Assembly: GCA_965235115.1 (NCBI GenBank)
Contig: OZ249436.1
Span: 46,440,001 to 46,504,000 of the forward strand
DNA: 64,000 nucleotides
From: Laetmonice hystrix
Lineage: Eukaryota
Reading direction: 5' to 3'
In this document: positions 46,896 through 57,000 of the stretch, piece by piece
Numbering within the stretch: position 1 is the stretch's first letter
Layout: each line of letters opens with the position of its first letter
Notes under the pieces: generated by a model
What the model saw: only the letters and a program-made list of their open reading frames with translations
Told to the model about the DNA's origin: nothing
Databases searched by the model: none
Position numbers and translations under genes: made by a program

Positions 46896-49800
46896 CGTTG
46901 TCTCTTCCCGTCCGGTTGACTATCGTCGTCCGGTTTACGTCGTTTTCGGAAGAAGTATCTGCCACTCGATTGTGTTGCGTCGCTTGTCGAAGGTAGTGCC
47001 ACGTCAGGTCCAGGCGGTGGCAGCAGCTGGTCTGACGAATGTGGCTGGATGTCGCGTACTTGTAGTTGGGATGTTGTAGGCCTGACGTCAGCTGATAACG
47101 GTCTGTTGTTAGATGACTCATTATCATGTGGGACAGACTGGAATTCACGCACCCTCCGGCGCCGAGGTACGCGGGGGTTGATGTCTCGCCAGTCTGCTCC
47201 GTTGTGCAGTCTTCGAATCTGTCCGCGGTTGTATGCTTGTGTCGGACCAACCCCAGTGATTGGTCGACACCAAACTACAGGACCTCTAACTCTAGTGACC
47301 TCCTTTGGGAGATCCCATTTCGAGTCAAAAGGAATGCGCTCATGCGCTCTGGTAATCACCCGATCACCCACCCGTAGTTCCGGAGCATTGGCTCTACGGT
47401 GCTCTCTCTCCATATAGGCTCGTTTGGAGGCGGCGGTATTTTGGATTGCCTCGTTCAATGCATCGGCAACCACCTCTAGGCGATCCCCGAGAACACGTGG
47501 GTCAGTGCAATCTGTGCCTCGTGTAACCCGTGGAAAGCCTAGCCTCCGGCCATAATGAAGAAAGGCTGGGGTGTAACCAGTGGTATCGGAGACAGTCTGT
47601 CGGTAACCCAACAGAGCTGTTCCAAGATGGCGCTCCCACTGATTATTTTGGTTGTTTACCAGCTTACGCAAGATGTTTTTGAGCGTTCGATGGAATCGTT
47701 CGACCTTCCCATTCGTCTCAGGGTGATAAATATTGGTACGCCTCAGCTCTATAGCCCACTGATCACAAAATTCTTGTACAGCGCGATTAACAAATTCTTT
47801 GCCATTGTCATGAACCATGATTGCCGGGGGTCCATGCCGTGGGATATAGTCTCTTTCGAGTACGCGGATTACGGCTTCGGCGTTGCGGTCGCGAACGGGA
47901 TAGGCTTCGGCCCAGCCAGTGGTATGGTCAATTAAAGTAACAAGGTAACGATTACCATCGATCCCAGTAGTAAGCGGACCTACTGTATCAATACCTACTA
48001 TTTCATTGGGATATTTCGCAGTTGGCATCCCAGTCGGAGTCGGTCGTTCGGTTCGGTCGGTATTTATTTGACAAGTCGGACATTGGCGACACACTAGTTT
48101 GATATTTTGTCTTTGTCTGGGCCAAGTGTAGAGCTCACGTGCTCTTTGCAGCGTTTTCTCGACACCTTGGTGGCCTACGTCCTTATGACAACGCTTGATG
48201 ACACTGTCTACGTATCGCTCTGGCAACACTAAACGGGGATAAGGCTGATGTGGGGTCAAATTTTTTGTTGACCACAACAACCCACCAATTATCTCGTACT
48301 GTGAGTCTTCTTCCCCTGCTTTTTCCCATTCTGGCATTTGTCTTTGATACTGTCTTACCTGTTCTCTATCTAACTTGTCACATATCCAGGGTAATGTATC
48401 TGCTGGATTCGCACTTGCATCTATCCACTCGTCTGTCTCAGAGATTTCTATACTTTCTGGCTTTGGAATCCGAGACAACATGTCAGCTCTAACATTGTTC
48501 TTCCCTTTTTTGTGCTCTATCGGGGCCCCATATTCTGCAATTAGTGATGACCAACGTTGGATTTTTGTATTCCTCACTTCCCCCAAAAATAAACTTTTTA
48601 AGGGTTTGTGGTCCGTATAGATGACAAATTTAGCACCATACAAATATGGGCGAAGCTTCTTCAAAGCATGCACGATGGCAAAAGCTTCTTTCTCAATAGT
48701 GGACCAAGATTTCTCAGAACCCCGAAAACAGCGAGAAACATATTGGATAGGGCGTTCAACCCCTCGGTCATCGGTCTGAACCAAGATCGCACCAGCCGCA
48801 ACATCTGAAGCGTCAGTATACAGAATGAAAGGACGCTGGATGTCAGGGTGGGCCATGACTGGATGCGATGTCAAACATGCTTTCAACTTTTGAAAAGACT
48901 TCTGTTGGTCAGGGCCCCAACCGAAAGGTACATCTTTCCGAGTCAGTCTCGTTAAGGGCTCGGAAATGGAAGCACAATCGGGGATCAACTGTCTGTAATA
49001 GTTGACCATACCCAAAAATCTCTGTACCCCTTTGATGTCATGGGGTGGTGACATGCTGTCAATAGCTGCAGTCTTTGCGGGATCAGCTTGGATCCCTTCA
49101 CCAGAAACCACGTAACCGAGTAGCGGCAGTTGTGTCTGGTGAAAGTGGCACTTATTTTCTTTCACAACCAAACCATATTGGTGCAATTTCTCCAAAACCA
49201 TGGTAACATGTTTTTTGTGGTCGACCTCATTCTTACTAAAAATAATTATGTCGTCCAAATAAACTAGGGCATAGACGCCGAGGGCGTCATTCAGTACAAA
49301 CTGCATCGCCCGTTGAAAAACTGCCGGCGCGTTCCTAAGGCCAAATGGGAGACGCGTAAATTCATACAGACCACGATGAGTGACAAAAGCAGTTTTTTTA
49401 ATATCATGGGGAGCCATGGGGAGCTGCCAGTAACCTGATCTCAAATCAATTGTACTAAAGATGGATGACCCATGGAGGGCGTCAAAAATATCCTGAATGT
49501 GTGGACGGGGATGACTGTCTTCGACAGTAACAGCATTCAACCGTCGATAGTCGATACAAAATCTAATCGTCCCATCTTTCTTCGGTACTAAAGTAATGGG
49601 CGAAGCCCATGGGGAGGAAGATGGACGAATCACACCTTTTTTTAGCATATCGTCTATCTCTCGCTCGACGACAGCCCGTTTTGTCAAAGGCAACCGATAA
49701 GGCCGCTGTTTGATAGGCGCATGCGATTCGGTATTGATGGTCATTTCAACACCAATCTTCTCCCCGTTTCCGATTTCGTCAGAAAAAACGGAAGGGACGG

Positions 49801-50263
49801 CCTTCCTGTACTGTTCGACTACAGTTGAAATGCTGAGAGGCTTCATATTAATTTGGCTTACTTTGAACTTGAACTTGATCCCATTAAGATAGATCACTTT
49901 TCTTCCATACTGGATGTTTGCATTTAATTGTTCGAGGGCATCATCACCTAGTAAGATGTCATGCCTCAAGTCATGGTATACATAAACAGAAATGAGTTTA
50001 CCACAGATGGAAACAGTAGTTTCTCCTGCAACCTCTATAGGCTCACCAGACAAGGTTTGGAGTTGTACGTTCGGTTTCTGTAAAAGAGGTGCCCTACCAT
50101 TGCGTAGACAAAGTTTCTGCCAGGTTTCAAAATTTAACAGTGAACGACACGCACCAGTATCTACCAAGGCTGTCATTGGGACTCTATCTACCGCTAACCG
50201 GACGCGGATGCGACTGCCGGTTGCGGCGACTTCTCGTTTTTTGAATCGCCGTATCTCGGACAA
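46856..50263 (-). CDS. pol: Pol polyprotein (protease, RT, RNase H, integrase), expressed by -1 frameshift from gag
   Basis: ALVDTGA (PR); PFGLRNAP and YLDD (RT); YTDASD, EKEAFA, YTDHKPL (RNase H); H..H..C..C and D,D,E (IDTVG, HDNG, KVER) integrase; C-terminal RKRRK..KRQR NLS-like segment. Confidence 0.97.
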   Translation of the reverse strand: MSEIRRFKKREVAATGSRIRVRLAVDRVPMTALVDTGACRSLLNFETWQKLCLRNGRAPLLQKPNVQLQTLSGEPIEVAGETTVSICGKLISVYVYHDLRHDILLGDDALEQLNANIQYGRKVIYLNGIKFKFKVSQINMKPLSISTVVEQYRKAVPSVFSDEIGNGEKIGVEMTINTESHAPIKQRPYRLPLTKRAVVEREIDDMLKKGVIRPSSSPWASPITLVPKKDGTIRFCIDYRRLNAVTVEDSHPRPHIQDIFDALHGSSIFSTIDLRSGYWQLPMAPHDIKKTAFVTHRGLYEFTRLPFGLRNAPAVFQRAMQFVLNDALGVYALVYLDDIIIFSKNEVDHKKHVTMVLEKLHQYGLVVKENKCHFHQTQLPLLGYVVSGEGIQADPAKTAAIDSMSPPHDIKGVQRFLGMVNYYRQLIPDCASISEPLTRLTRKDVPFGWGPDQQKSFQKLKACLTSHPVMAHPDIQRPFILYTDASDVAAGAILVQTDDRGVERPIQYVSRCFRGSEKSWSTIEKEAFAIVHALKKLRPYLYGAKFVIYTDHKPLKSLFLGEVRNTKIQRWSSLIAEYGAPIEHKKGKNNVRADMLSRIPKPESIEISETDEWIDASANPADTLPWICDKLDREQVRQYQRQMPEWEKAGEEDSQYEIIGGLLWSTKNLTPHQPYPRLVLPERYVDSVIKRCHKDVGHQGVEKTLQRARELYTWPRQRQNIKLVCRQCPTCQINTDRTERPTPTGMPTAKYPNEIVGIDTVGPLTTGIDGNRYLVTLIDHTTGWAEAYPVRDRNAEAVIRVLERDYIPRHGPPAIMVHDNGKEFVNRAVQEFCDQWAIELRRTNIYHPETNGKVERFHRTLKNILRKLVNNQNNQWERHLGTALLGYRQTVSDTTGYTPAFLHYGRRLGFPRVTRGTDCTDPRVLGDRLEVVADALNEAIQNTAASKRAYMEREHRRANAPELRVGDRVITRAHERIPFDSKWDLPKEVTRVRGPVVWCRPITGVGPTQAYNRGQIRRLHNGADWRDINPRVPRRRRVREFQSVPHDNESSNNRPLSADVRPTTSQLQVRDIQPHSSDQLLPPPGPDVALPSTSDATQSSGRYFFRKRRKPDDDSQPDGKRQRCAVVSTRTFSCV
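50191..50242 (-). promoter_or_regulatory. -1 ribosomal frameshift signal at the gag-pol overlap
   Basis: A_AAA_AAC heptamer (50236-50242) in the gag frame, ~9-nt spacer, then stem CCGC-AACCGG/CCGGTT-A-GCGG (50191-50226). pol is in the -1 frame. Confidence 0.8.
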
Positions 50264-51078
50264 TTACGGCCGATATGGCCCCTGTTTCCGCACCGGAAAC
50301 AGTTCGGGGAACCGTCGGGGTTGTATTTGGGCTTGCCGTATCGGGCGCCTGTCATCGGCGGAGCATGCTTCGGTATAGAACCAGTCGGAATTGTTTTTAA
50401 CTGTTTCTCAATTTTTCCCAGTCGTTTTAATACAGCCTCCAGCCCAAGCTGGGTTTCATGCATCACGTTGGGAGGTGGCGCAGCCCCGATTTCCATAGGC
50501 TCTTCATGGCGACCAGCCAACTGGTCGGCCCTATCTGCTGTGATGGCAGCCTGATACGCATTTTGAAGCGTGTCGGGTCTCGCAGCATGGACGCGCACCC
50601 GAATGTCGCGTGACGCGATACCGTCAATAAATGTACGAACCAGGCGTTCCTGTACCAAAGGAACGGCCCGCTCGGCGGCAGAATATGCCGTTTTGACTTT
50701 CTGGTCGAATATAACTGAAAAGTCTCGGACATCTTGTTGAAACGTTTGTTTAAGGCCTTCGACTTTTTTCCTGAGCCATTCTTGCTCATCTTGGTCAAGG
50801 AAATTGTCCTGAATATGTTGCCTTACCTCTAACCAGGTCACTCCGGCAACACGACCACGAATAAAGTCTCGAACTGATCGATCGATATCTCCTTTAAGGA
50901 GATACCCGATCATCTTGATGGTCTGGGCATCGTTTGCCTCAGTCCATTCTTTAGCCGAACTGATATCTTCTAACCACTCGCGTAGGGACGAACGCGATGT
51001 CCCATCTTGTACCCCTATGCGTTTCGCATGGAGTGCCAGCGAGGCCTCCTTCGCACGGTTTTCCTCAAGATTCGCCAT
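50194..51078 (-). CDS. gag: Gag (capsid + CCHC nucleocapsid); likely ATG at 51078 (MANLEENR..)
   Basis: Zinc knuckle CFRCGNRGHIGRNC, EPMEIG motif and a capsid-like helical region; aagATGG initiation context. Confidence 0.92.
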   Translation of the reverse strand: MANLEENRAKEASLALHAKRIGVQDGTSRSSLREWLEDISSAKEWTEANDAQTIKMIGYLLKGDIDRSVRDFIRGRVAGVTWLEVRQHIQDNFLDQDEQEWLRKKVEGLKQTFQQDVRDFSVIFDQKVKTAYSAAERAVPLVQERLVRTFIDGIASRDIRVRVHAARPDTLQNAYQAAITADRADQLAGRHEEPMEIGAAPPPNVMHETQLGLEAVLKRLGKIEKQLKTIPTGSIPKHAPPMTGARYGKPKYNPDGSPNCFRCGNRGHIGRNCPRYGDSKNEKSPQPAVASASG

Positions 51079-51184
51079 CTTACATAATTTACAACGGACC
51101 TTATAGAGAGCTGGCGTATACCTGAGACCGAATGGAAATTTAGAACGACTCACCTTGTTAATTCCGAGGGAGGTCACACGGAGC

Positions 51185-51718
51185 TTACACGGTCTCGTCC
51201 TCCTCAGGTGACTCTGGATGCTGAGTCAGGTCGATTACCTCGTTAGCAGCGGATTCCGGAGTTGAGGGGTTTTCTGACTCATCGGCGGAGGGCTCTGGAT
51301 CTGTTCCAAATTCTGGATCTGTTTCAAATTCTGGATCTGTTTCAAACTCTGGATCTGTTTCAAACTCGACGTCCGTTTCTGATCCGAAGTGGGCTGTGGT
51401 TGACTCTGCTGGTGAAGGGGGTTCAGACTGGTCGTCTTCGTTGATAGTGGCAAGATTGTCGGGCAACAACTCGTCAGGGATGACCAAGGAATACACTTGG
51501 GTTCGTAGGGGAGCGACGGCGGCTACTTGCGGGGATTGGGGTACCGTGATCCTCAGTCGTGCCGGTCGGTTGGGGACAGGCTGTACCTCTATCCTGCGTG
51601 CGGGTTGATCTGTCGTCGTGACTGTACTCAGTTGGTTTACTAACCTTCGAATTTCTTCGTGAAGATTATGAGATAGTCGGCGTCGTCGGCGGACTGCCCG
51701 TATTCTTTTTTCACTCAT
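51185..51718 (-). CDS. Extra ORF (ORF0) between PBS and gag, 177 aa, unknown function
   Basis: ATG-initiated open frame ~23 nt after the PBS. Basic N-terminus KRIRAVRRRRR, acidic tandem EFETDP repeats, C-terminal EVIDLT..ESPEEDE. Confidence 0.7.
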   Translation of the reverse strand: MSEKRIRAVRRRRRLSHNLHEEIRRLVNQLSTVTTTDQPARRIEVQPVPNRPARLRITVPQSPQVAAVAPLRTQVYSLVIPDELLPDNLATINEDDQSEPPSPAESTTAHFGSETDVEFETDPEFETDPEFETDPEFGTDPEPSADESENPSTPESAANEVIDLTQHPESPEEDETV

Positions 51719-51740
51719 CTTTGATGACTTTTATGGAATA

Positions 51741-51758
51741 GTCCCATCGCGGTCACCA
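51741..51758 (-). promoter_or_regulatory. Primer-binding site
   Basis: TGGTGACCGCGATGGGAC, 3 nt inside the 5' LTR. From memory it resembles the complement of tRNA-Arg or tRNA-Trp 3' ends; not verified. Confidence 0.85.
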
Positions 51759-51761
51759 AAA

Positions 51762-52590
51762 TGTCACCTCACCATCTCCTCGGCCGCATGAAGAGAGTGA
51801 AAGCAACATTAGGCCGACGGGCCTCTGAACAATGGTTGGCTATACACAGCCAGGCTATCTATGTAAGATAGCCCTAGGCTATGCCCATCGTTGCAGAGAT
51901 CCGTCGCCTGTTGGACGTGCGGTCACCACTTGGAGTAGATGGGCTCCAAGTCCCATAGAGAAGTGAAACGCTGAACTCAGTAGTGAAGATAGTTGGCAGC
52001 AATACTAACCAACACCACAGGGGATTTCGTTTATTCTACAGAATGGTCCGCCTTATATACGAATCCATGTTGTTTACAGGAGATTTTGTTGTACTTTGTT
52101 AATGTTCCTGCGACTCCTAACTGTAAACTATTCCTTGGTTCATAATGTGCATGTTGGTAGTTAAAGCAAAACATTTATCGTTAGATTCGGTCTCATGATG
52201 ATGAATCATCCTTACTGACGTAACTATTGACGTAATTGCTCTTACTAATATATTTCACAATATCTTGTGACTCTTACATTATCGGGGGAGGGGGTCGATC
52301 TGGTTTGAACTGGATTGCCATGACGTCAGTCAGCGGAGGGAACATCAGAGCATGATGTTTATCTAAGCGAGGCTGCTGCGTCCATTACTATCAGCGTTGT
52401 ACTGATAAGGGATCACAGGCAGCACTATACTTCCATACATTTCGGTTGAATATATATATATGACTAAATACATGCTTAAATATACTACCTATAAAGTATA
52501 ACTTATAAAGTACGACTTGATATATTTAACGTATAAAACTCTCAATATATTTAACGTATAAAACTCTCAATTAAATTCTCAATCCTAACA
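51762..52590 (-). repeat. 5' LTR
   Basis: Copy of 44142-44970. Minus strand has TATATAA (52053-52059), AATAAA (52030-52035) and a CRE TGACGTCA (52321-52328). Confidence 0.96.
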
Positions 52591-52594
52591 CAGT

Positions 52595-53365
52595 GTACTA
52601 TGAAATATTGTTGCCTATGAAATATTGCAGCATTGCGTCACTGCATTATTTCACAGCCTGTAGCTATGAAATATTGCTGCCTATGAAATATTGCAGTGAC
52701 GCAATACTGCAATATTTCATAGCCTGTATTATTTCATAGCCTGTAGCTATGAAATATTGCTGCCTATGAAATATTGCAGTATTGCATCACTGCATTATTT
52801 CATAGTTCATAGGCAGCAATATTTCATAGCCTGTAGCTATGAAATATTGCATAGCCTATAGCTATGGAATAATGCCGCCTATGAAATATTGCAGTCATGA
52901 AGTAGCCTAGTCCATGTACTGCAATATTCCAAGGACTGCAATATTTCATAGCTATAGCTATGGAATAATGCCGCCTATGAAATATTGCAGTTATGAAAAT
53001 GCTGCAATACTCTACAGACTGCAATATTTCATACCTATAGCTATGGAATAATGTCGCCTATGAAATATTGCAGTCATGAAATAGCCTAGTAGGCCTACTG
53101 CAATATTTCACGGACTGCAATATTTCATAGCCTATAGCTATGAAATAATGCCGCTTATGAAATATTGCAGTCATGAAATAGACTAGTACTGCAATATTCC
53201 ACGGACTGCAATATTTTATAGCCTATAGCTATGGAATAATGCCGCCTATGAAATATTGCAGTCATGAAATATTGCAGTACGAAAGCGCAATGCGGCAATA
53301 TTTCATGACTGCAATATTTCATAGCCAATGGGTATGAAAAATTGCAGTCATGAAATATTGCAAGA
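52595..53365. repeat. Interleaved direct and inverted CTATGAAATATTGCAG repeats inside the Harbinger-type element
   Basis: Many copies of ctatgaaatattgca and its complement tgcaatatttcatag. Confidence 0.85.
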
Positions 53366-54054
53366 ATATTGGTATGAGAGGGCCACATGTGTAGAGTTAT
53401 CCTAAAGACAGCTGATTCCTAAAATACAGTTCACTACACACAGCTGGGAAATAAAATACTTTTCTTTTAAGAAACAGCAAACTTTTTATATTATACAGAG
53501 AAATTAAGACTGTTTAATATTGTAATGAACTATGGTTACCTAAATAAAAATAGTAGTTTATTAACAACTGTGGCTAAAACTTTTTTCGTTTGGCCCGTTT
53601 TCCCCAGTTGTTAGCCATTGTGGCTCAGACCCAAAATTCACTAGCGTACTCCCTGTAATGAATATAATTGCAGTCGCAATGGTTGCTACCACAAAATTTA
53701 TCGGCATCCCCATGTTGATCGGCGAACATGAGGCCTGGGTGAACTTGGACACGAATGATTTCAAAGGGTAATCTAGTGTAGGCTAGGCCTAACCCGTTAT
53801 TCAGTCCCGGCTACCAATACGCTCAGACATTCGCATGAGAAATTCGCATGAATCGCTGTAGGGGATTTGCCATTCGCAAGAGAAATTCGCATGAATCGCT
53901 GTAGTGGATTTGCCATTCGCAAGAGAAATTCGCATGAATCGCTGTAGTGGATCTGCCATTCGCCTGGGATTCGCATCAGTCGCAACATTCGCATGATCGC
54001 ATGTGTCGCATGAGAATTTCAATGCGAATGTCGTCGCCTTAGTGGATTTGCCCA

Positions 54055-57000
54055 TAAGCGTCCGACAACGTTGTCAGGGCGTCCCAATGACTATTTGCCG
54101 TCAAGGTTTAGTTAACAATGGCAAATGACGTGGAACGCCTATTCTATATTAGATATCCCATCCCCAAGAAACAAACAAACAAAAGATGATTACCCAGAGA
54201 TTTTGCCGGCAGAAAACACCAGGGTGCAGCTGACGGCGCTGACTGCACTGCCGCCTTCCGGCCAGCGGTGGAATCACCACGTACACCTGGCCGGGCTGGC
54301 AGGCACCTGTGGCCCTTAGGCGAGAGACAGGTTAAAGCAATGATAAGCGAAAAATGGCTACATTTTTGATACGTCAAATTGAAACTACGGCCCCCAAAAT
54401 TATTATTCTTAGACCAGATGTATAACTGTCAAGCGTATAGGTCTCGTACGTTCGCTACAGATATATGGTTGTGATGTGTACACTTCCCATTTGAGTATCT
54501 TCTCCAGATTTTAACATTAGATGCTCCTCGCCTGTACCTTTCATTTCCACTACCTCACTGTAGTGTTTGCATGGCTACTATAGGCCAGCTGATAAGATGT
54601 AGGGACTTCTCACTCTACTGGTTGGCCTCCCACACTGCTTAATTGGCTCCACAGTGTACTGTTTGGCCTCACTGTACTCTTTGGCCTCACTGTAGTGTTC
54701 GTTTGGGTGCTAGGCCAGCCAGTATACCTTGTAGCGATTCCTCCCCGTACTGTTTGGCCTCTCTGTACCGTTTGCTTGTATACAAGAGTAGCCAGTAGTA
54801 TAGGGACGCCTCATGTTTCAGTTTCCATGCCTTTATTGTCCAGGAGGCAGGACATACGTTTCGTCTATCATCTACTCCCATCTTATCTGTGTCCCCTACA
54901 GACCATCTGTAAGCGTCCGACAACGTTGTCAGGTCGTCCCAATGACTGTTTGCCGTCAAGGTTTAGTTAACAATGGCAAATGACGTTGTACGCCTATTCT
55001 ATATCAGATATCCCATCCCCAAGTAACAAACAAACAAACAAAGGATGATTACCCAGAGATTTTGCCGGCAGAAAACACCAGGGTGCAGCTGACGGCGCTG
55101 ACTGCACTGCCGCCTTCCGGCCAGCGGTGGAATCACCACGTACACCTGGCCGGGCTGGCAGGCACCTGTGGCCCTTAGGCGAGAGACAGGTTAAAGCAAG
55201 AATAAGCGAAAAATGGCTACATTTTTGATACGTCAAATTGAAACTACGGCCCCCAAAATTATTATTCTTAGGCCAGATGTATAACTGTCAAGCGTATAGG
55301 TCTCGTACGTTCGCTACAGATATATGGTTGTGATGTGTACACTTCCCATTTGAGTATCTTCTCGACATTTTAACATTAGATGCTCCTCGCCTGTACCTTA
55401 CATTTCCACTACCTCACTGTAGTGTTTGCATGGCTACTATATGCCAGATGGTAAGATGTAGGGACTTCTCACTCTACTGGTTGGCCTCCCACACGGCTTG
55501 GCTCCACAGTGTACTGTTTGGCCTCACTGTACTCTTTGGCCTCACTGTAGTGTTCGTTTGGGTGCTAGGCCAGCCAGTATACCTTGTAGCGATTCCTCCC
55601 CGTACTGTTTGGCCTCCCTGTACCGTTTGCTTGTATACAAGAGTAGCCAGTAGTATAGGGACGCCTCATGTTTCAGTTTCCATGCCTTTATTGTCCAGGA
55701 GGCAGGACATACGTTTCGTCTATCATCTACTCCCATCTTATCTGTGTCCCCTACAGACCATCTGTAAGCGTCCGACAACGTTGTCAGGTCGTCCCAATGA
55801 CTGTTTGCCGTCAAGGTTTAGTTAACAATGGCAAATGACGTTGTACGCCTATTCTATATCAGATATCCCATCCCCAAGTAACAAACAAACAAACAAAGGA
55901 TGATTACCCAGAGATGTTGCCGGCAGAAAACACCAAGGTGCAGCTGACGGCGCTGACTGCACTGCCGCCTTCCGGCCAGCGGTGGAATCACCACGTACAC
56001 CTGGCCGGGCTGGCAGGCACCTGTGGCCCTTAGGCGAGAGACAGGTTAAAGCAATGATAAGCGAAAAATGGCTACATTTTTGATACGTCAAATTGAAACT
56101 ACGGCCCCCAAAATTATTATTCTTAGGCCAGATGTATAACTGTCAAGCGTATAGGTCTCGTACGTTCGCTACAGATATATGGTTGTGATGTGTACACTTC
56201 CCATTTGAGTATCTTCTCCAGATTTTAACATTAGATGCTCCTCGCCTGTACCTTTCATTTCCACTACCTCACTGTAGTGTTTGCATGGCTACTATAGGCC
56301 AGCTGATAAGATGTAGGGACTTCTCACTCTACTGGTTGGCCTCCCACACTGCTTAATTGGCTCCACAGTGTACTGTTTGGCCTCACTGTACTCTTTGGCC
56401 TCACTGTAGTTTTCGTTTGGGTGCTAGGCCAGCCAGTATACCTTGTACCGATTCCTCCCAGTACTGTTTGGCCTCCCTGTACCGTTTGCTTGTATACAAG
56501 AGTAGCCAGTAGTATAGGGACGCCTCATGTTTCAGTTTCCATGCCTTTATTGTCCAGGAGGCAGGACATACGTTTCGTCTATCATCTACTCCTATCTTAT
56601 CTGTGTCCCCTACAGACCATCTGTAAGCGTCCGACAACGTTGTCAGGTCGTCCCAATGACTGTTTGCCGTCAAGGTTTAGTTAACAATGGCAAATGACGT
56701 TGTACGCCTATTCTATATCAGATATCCCATCCCCAAGTAACAAACAAACAAACAAAGGATGATTACCCAGAGATTTTGCCGGCAGAAAACACCAGGGTGC
56801 AGCTGACGGCGCTGACTGCACTGCCGCCTTCCGGCCAGCGGTGGAATCATCACGTACACCCTGCCGGGCTGGCAGGCACCTGTGGCCCTTAGGCGAGAGA
56901 CCGGTTAAAACAAGGATAAGCGAAAAATGGCTACATTTTTGATACGTCAAATTGAAACTACGGCCCCCAAAATTATTATTCTTAGGCCAGATGTATAACT

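Larger units (their letters stand above)
44142..52590 (-). mobile_element. Full-length Ty3/gypsy LTR retroelement with env (endogenous retrovirus), 8449 bp
   Basis: Two 829-bp TG..CA LTRs, 4-bp TSD CAGT (44138-44141, 52591-52594), PBS, PPT, uninterrupted ORF0, gag, pol (PR-RT-RH-IN order) and env. Confidence 0.97.
42811..54054. mobile_element. PIF/Harbinger-type non-autonomous DNA transposon (~2.8 kb excluding the nested ERV)
   Basis: Satellite ccatctgTAAgcgtcc is split with TAA duplicated (42808-42810, 54055-54057). Imperfect TIRs agtgccagatccactaag / cttagtggatttgccca. Subterminal cgctgtagtggat repeats at both ends. Confidence 0.8.

Noticed and set aside
47049..51608. + strand ORFs antisense to pol, gag and ORF0
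   Set aside because: Short shadow ORFs of the coding strand with no recognisable motifs.
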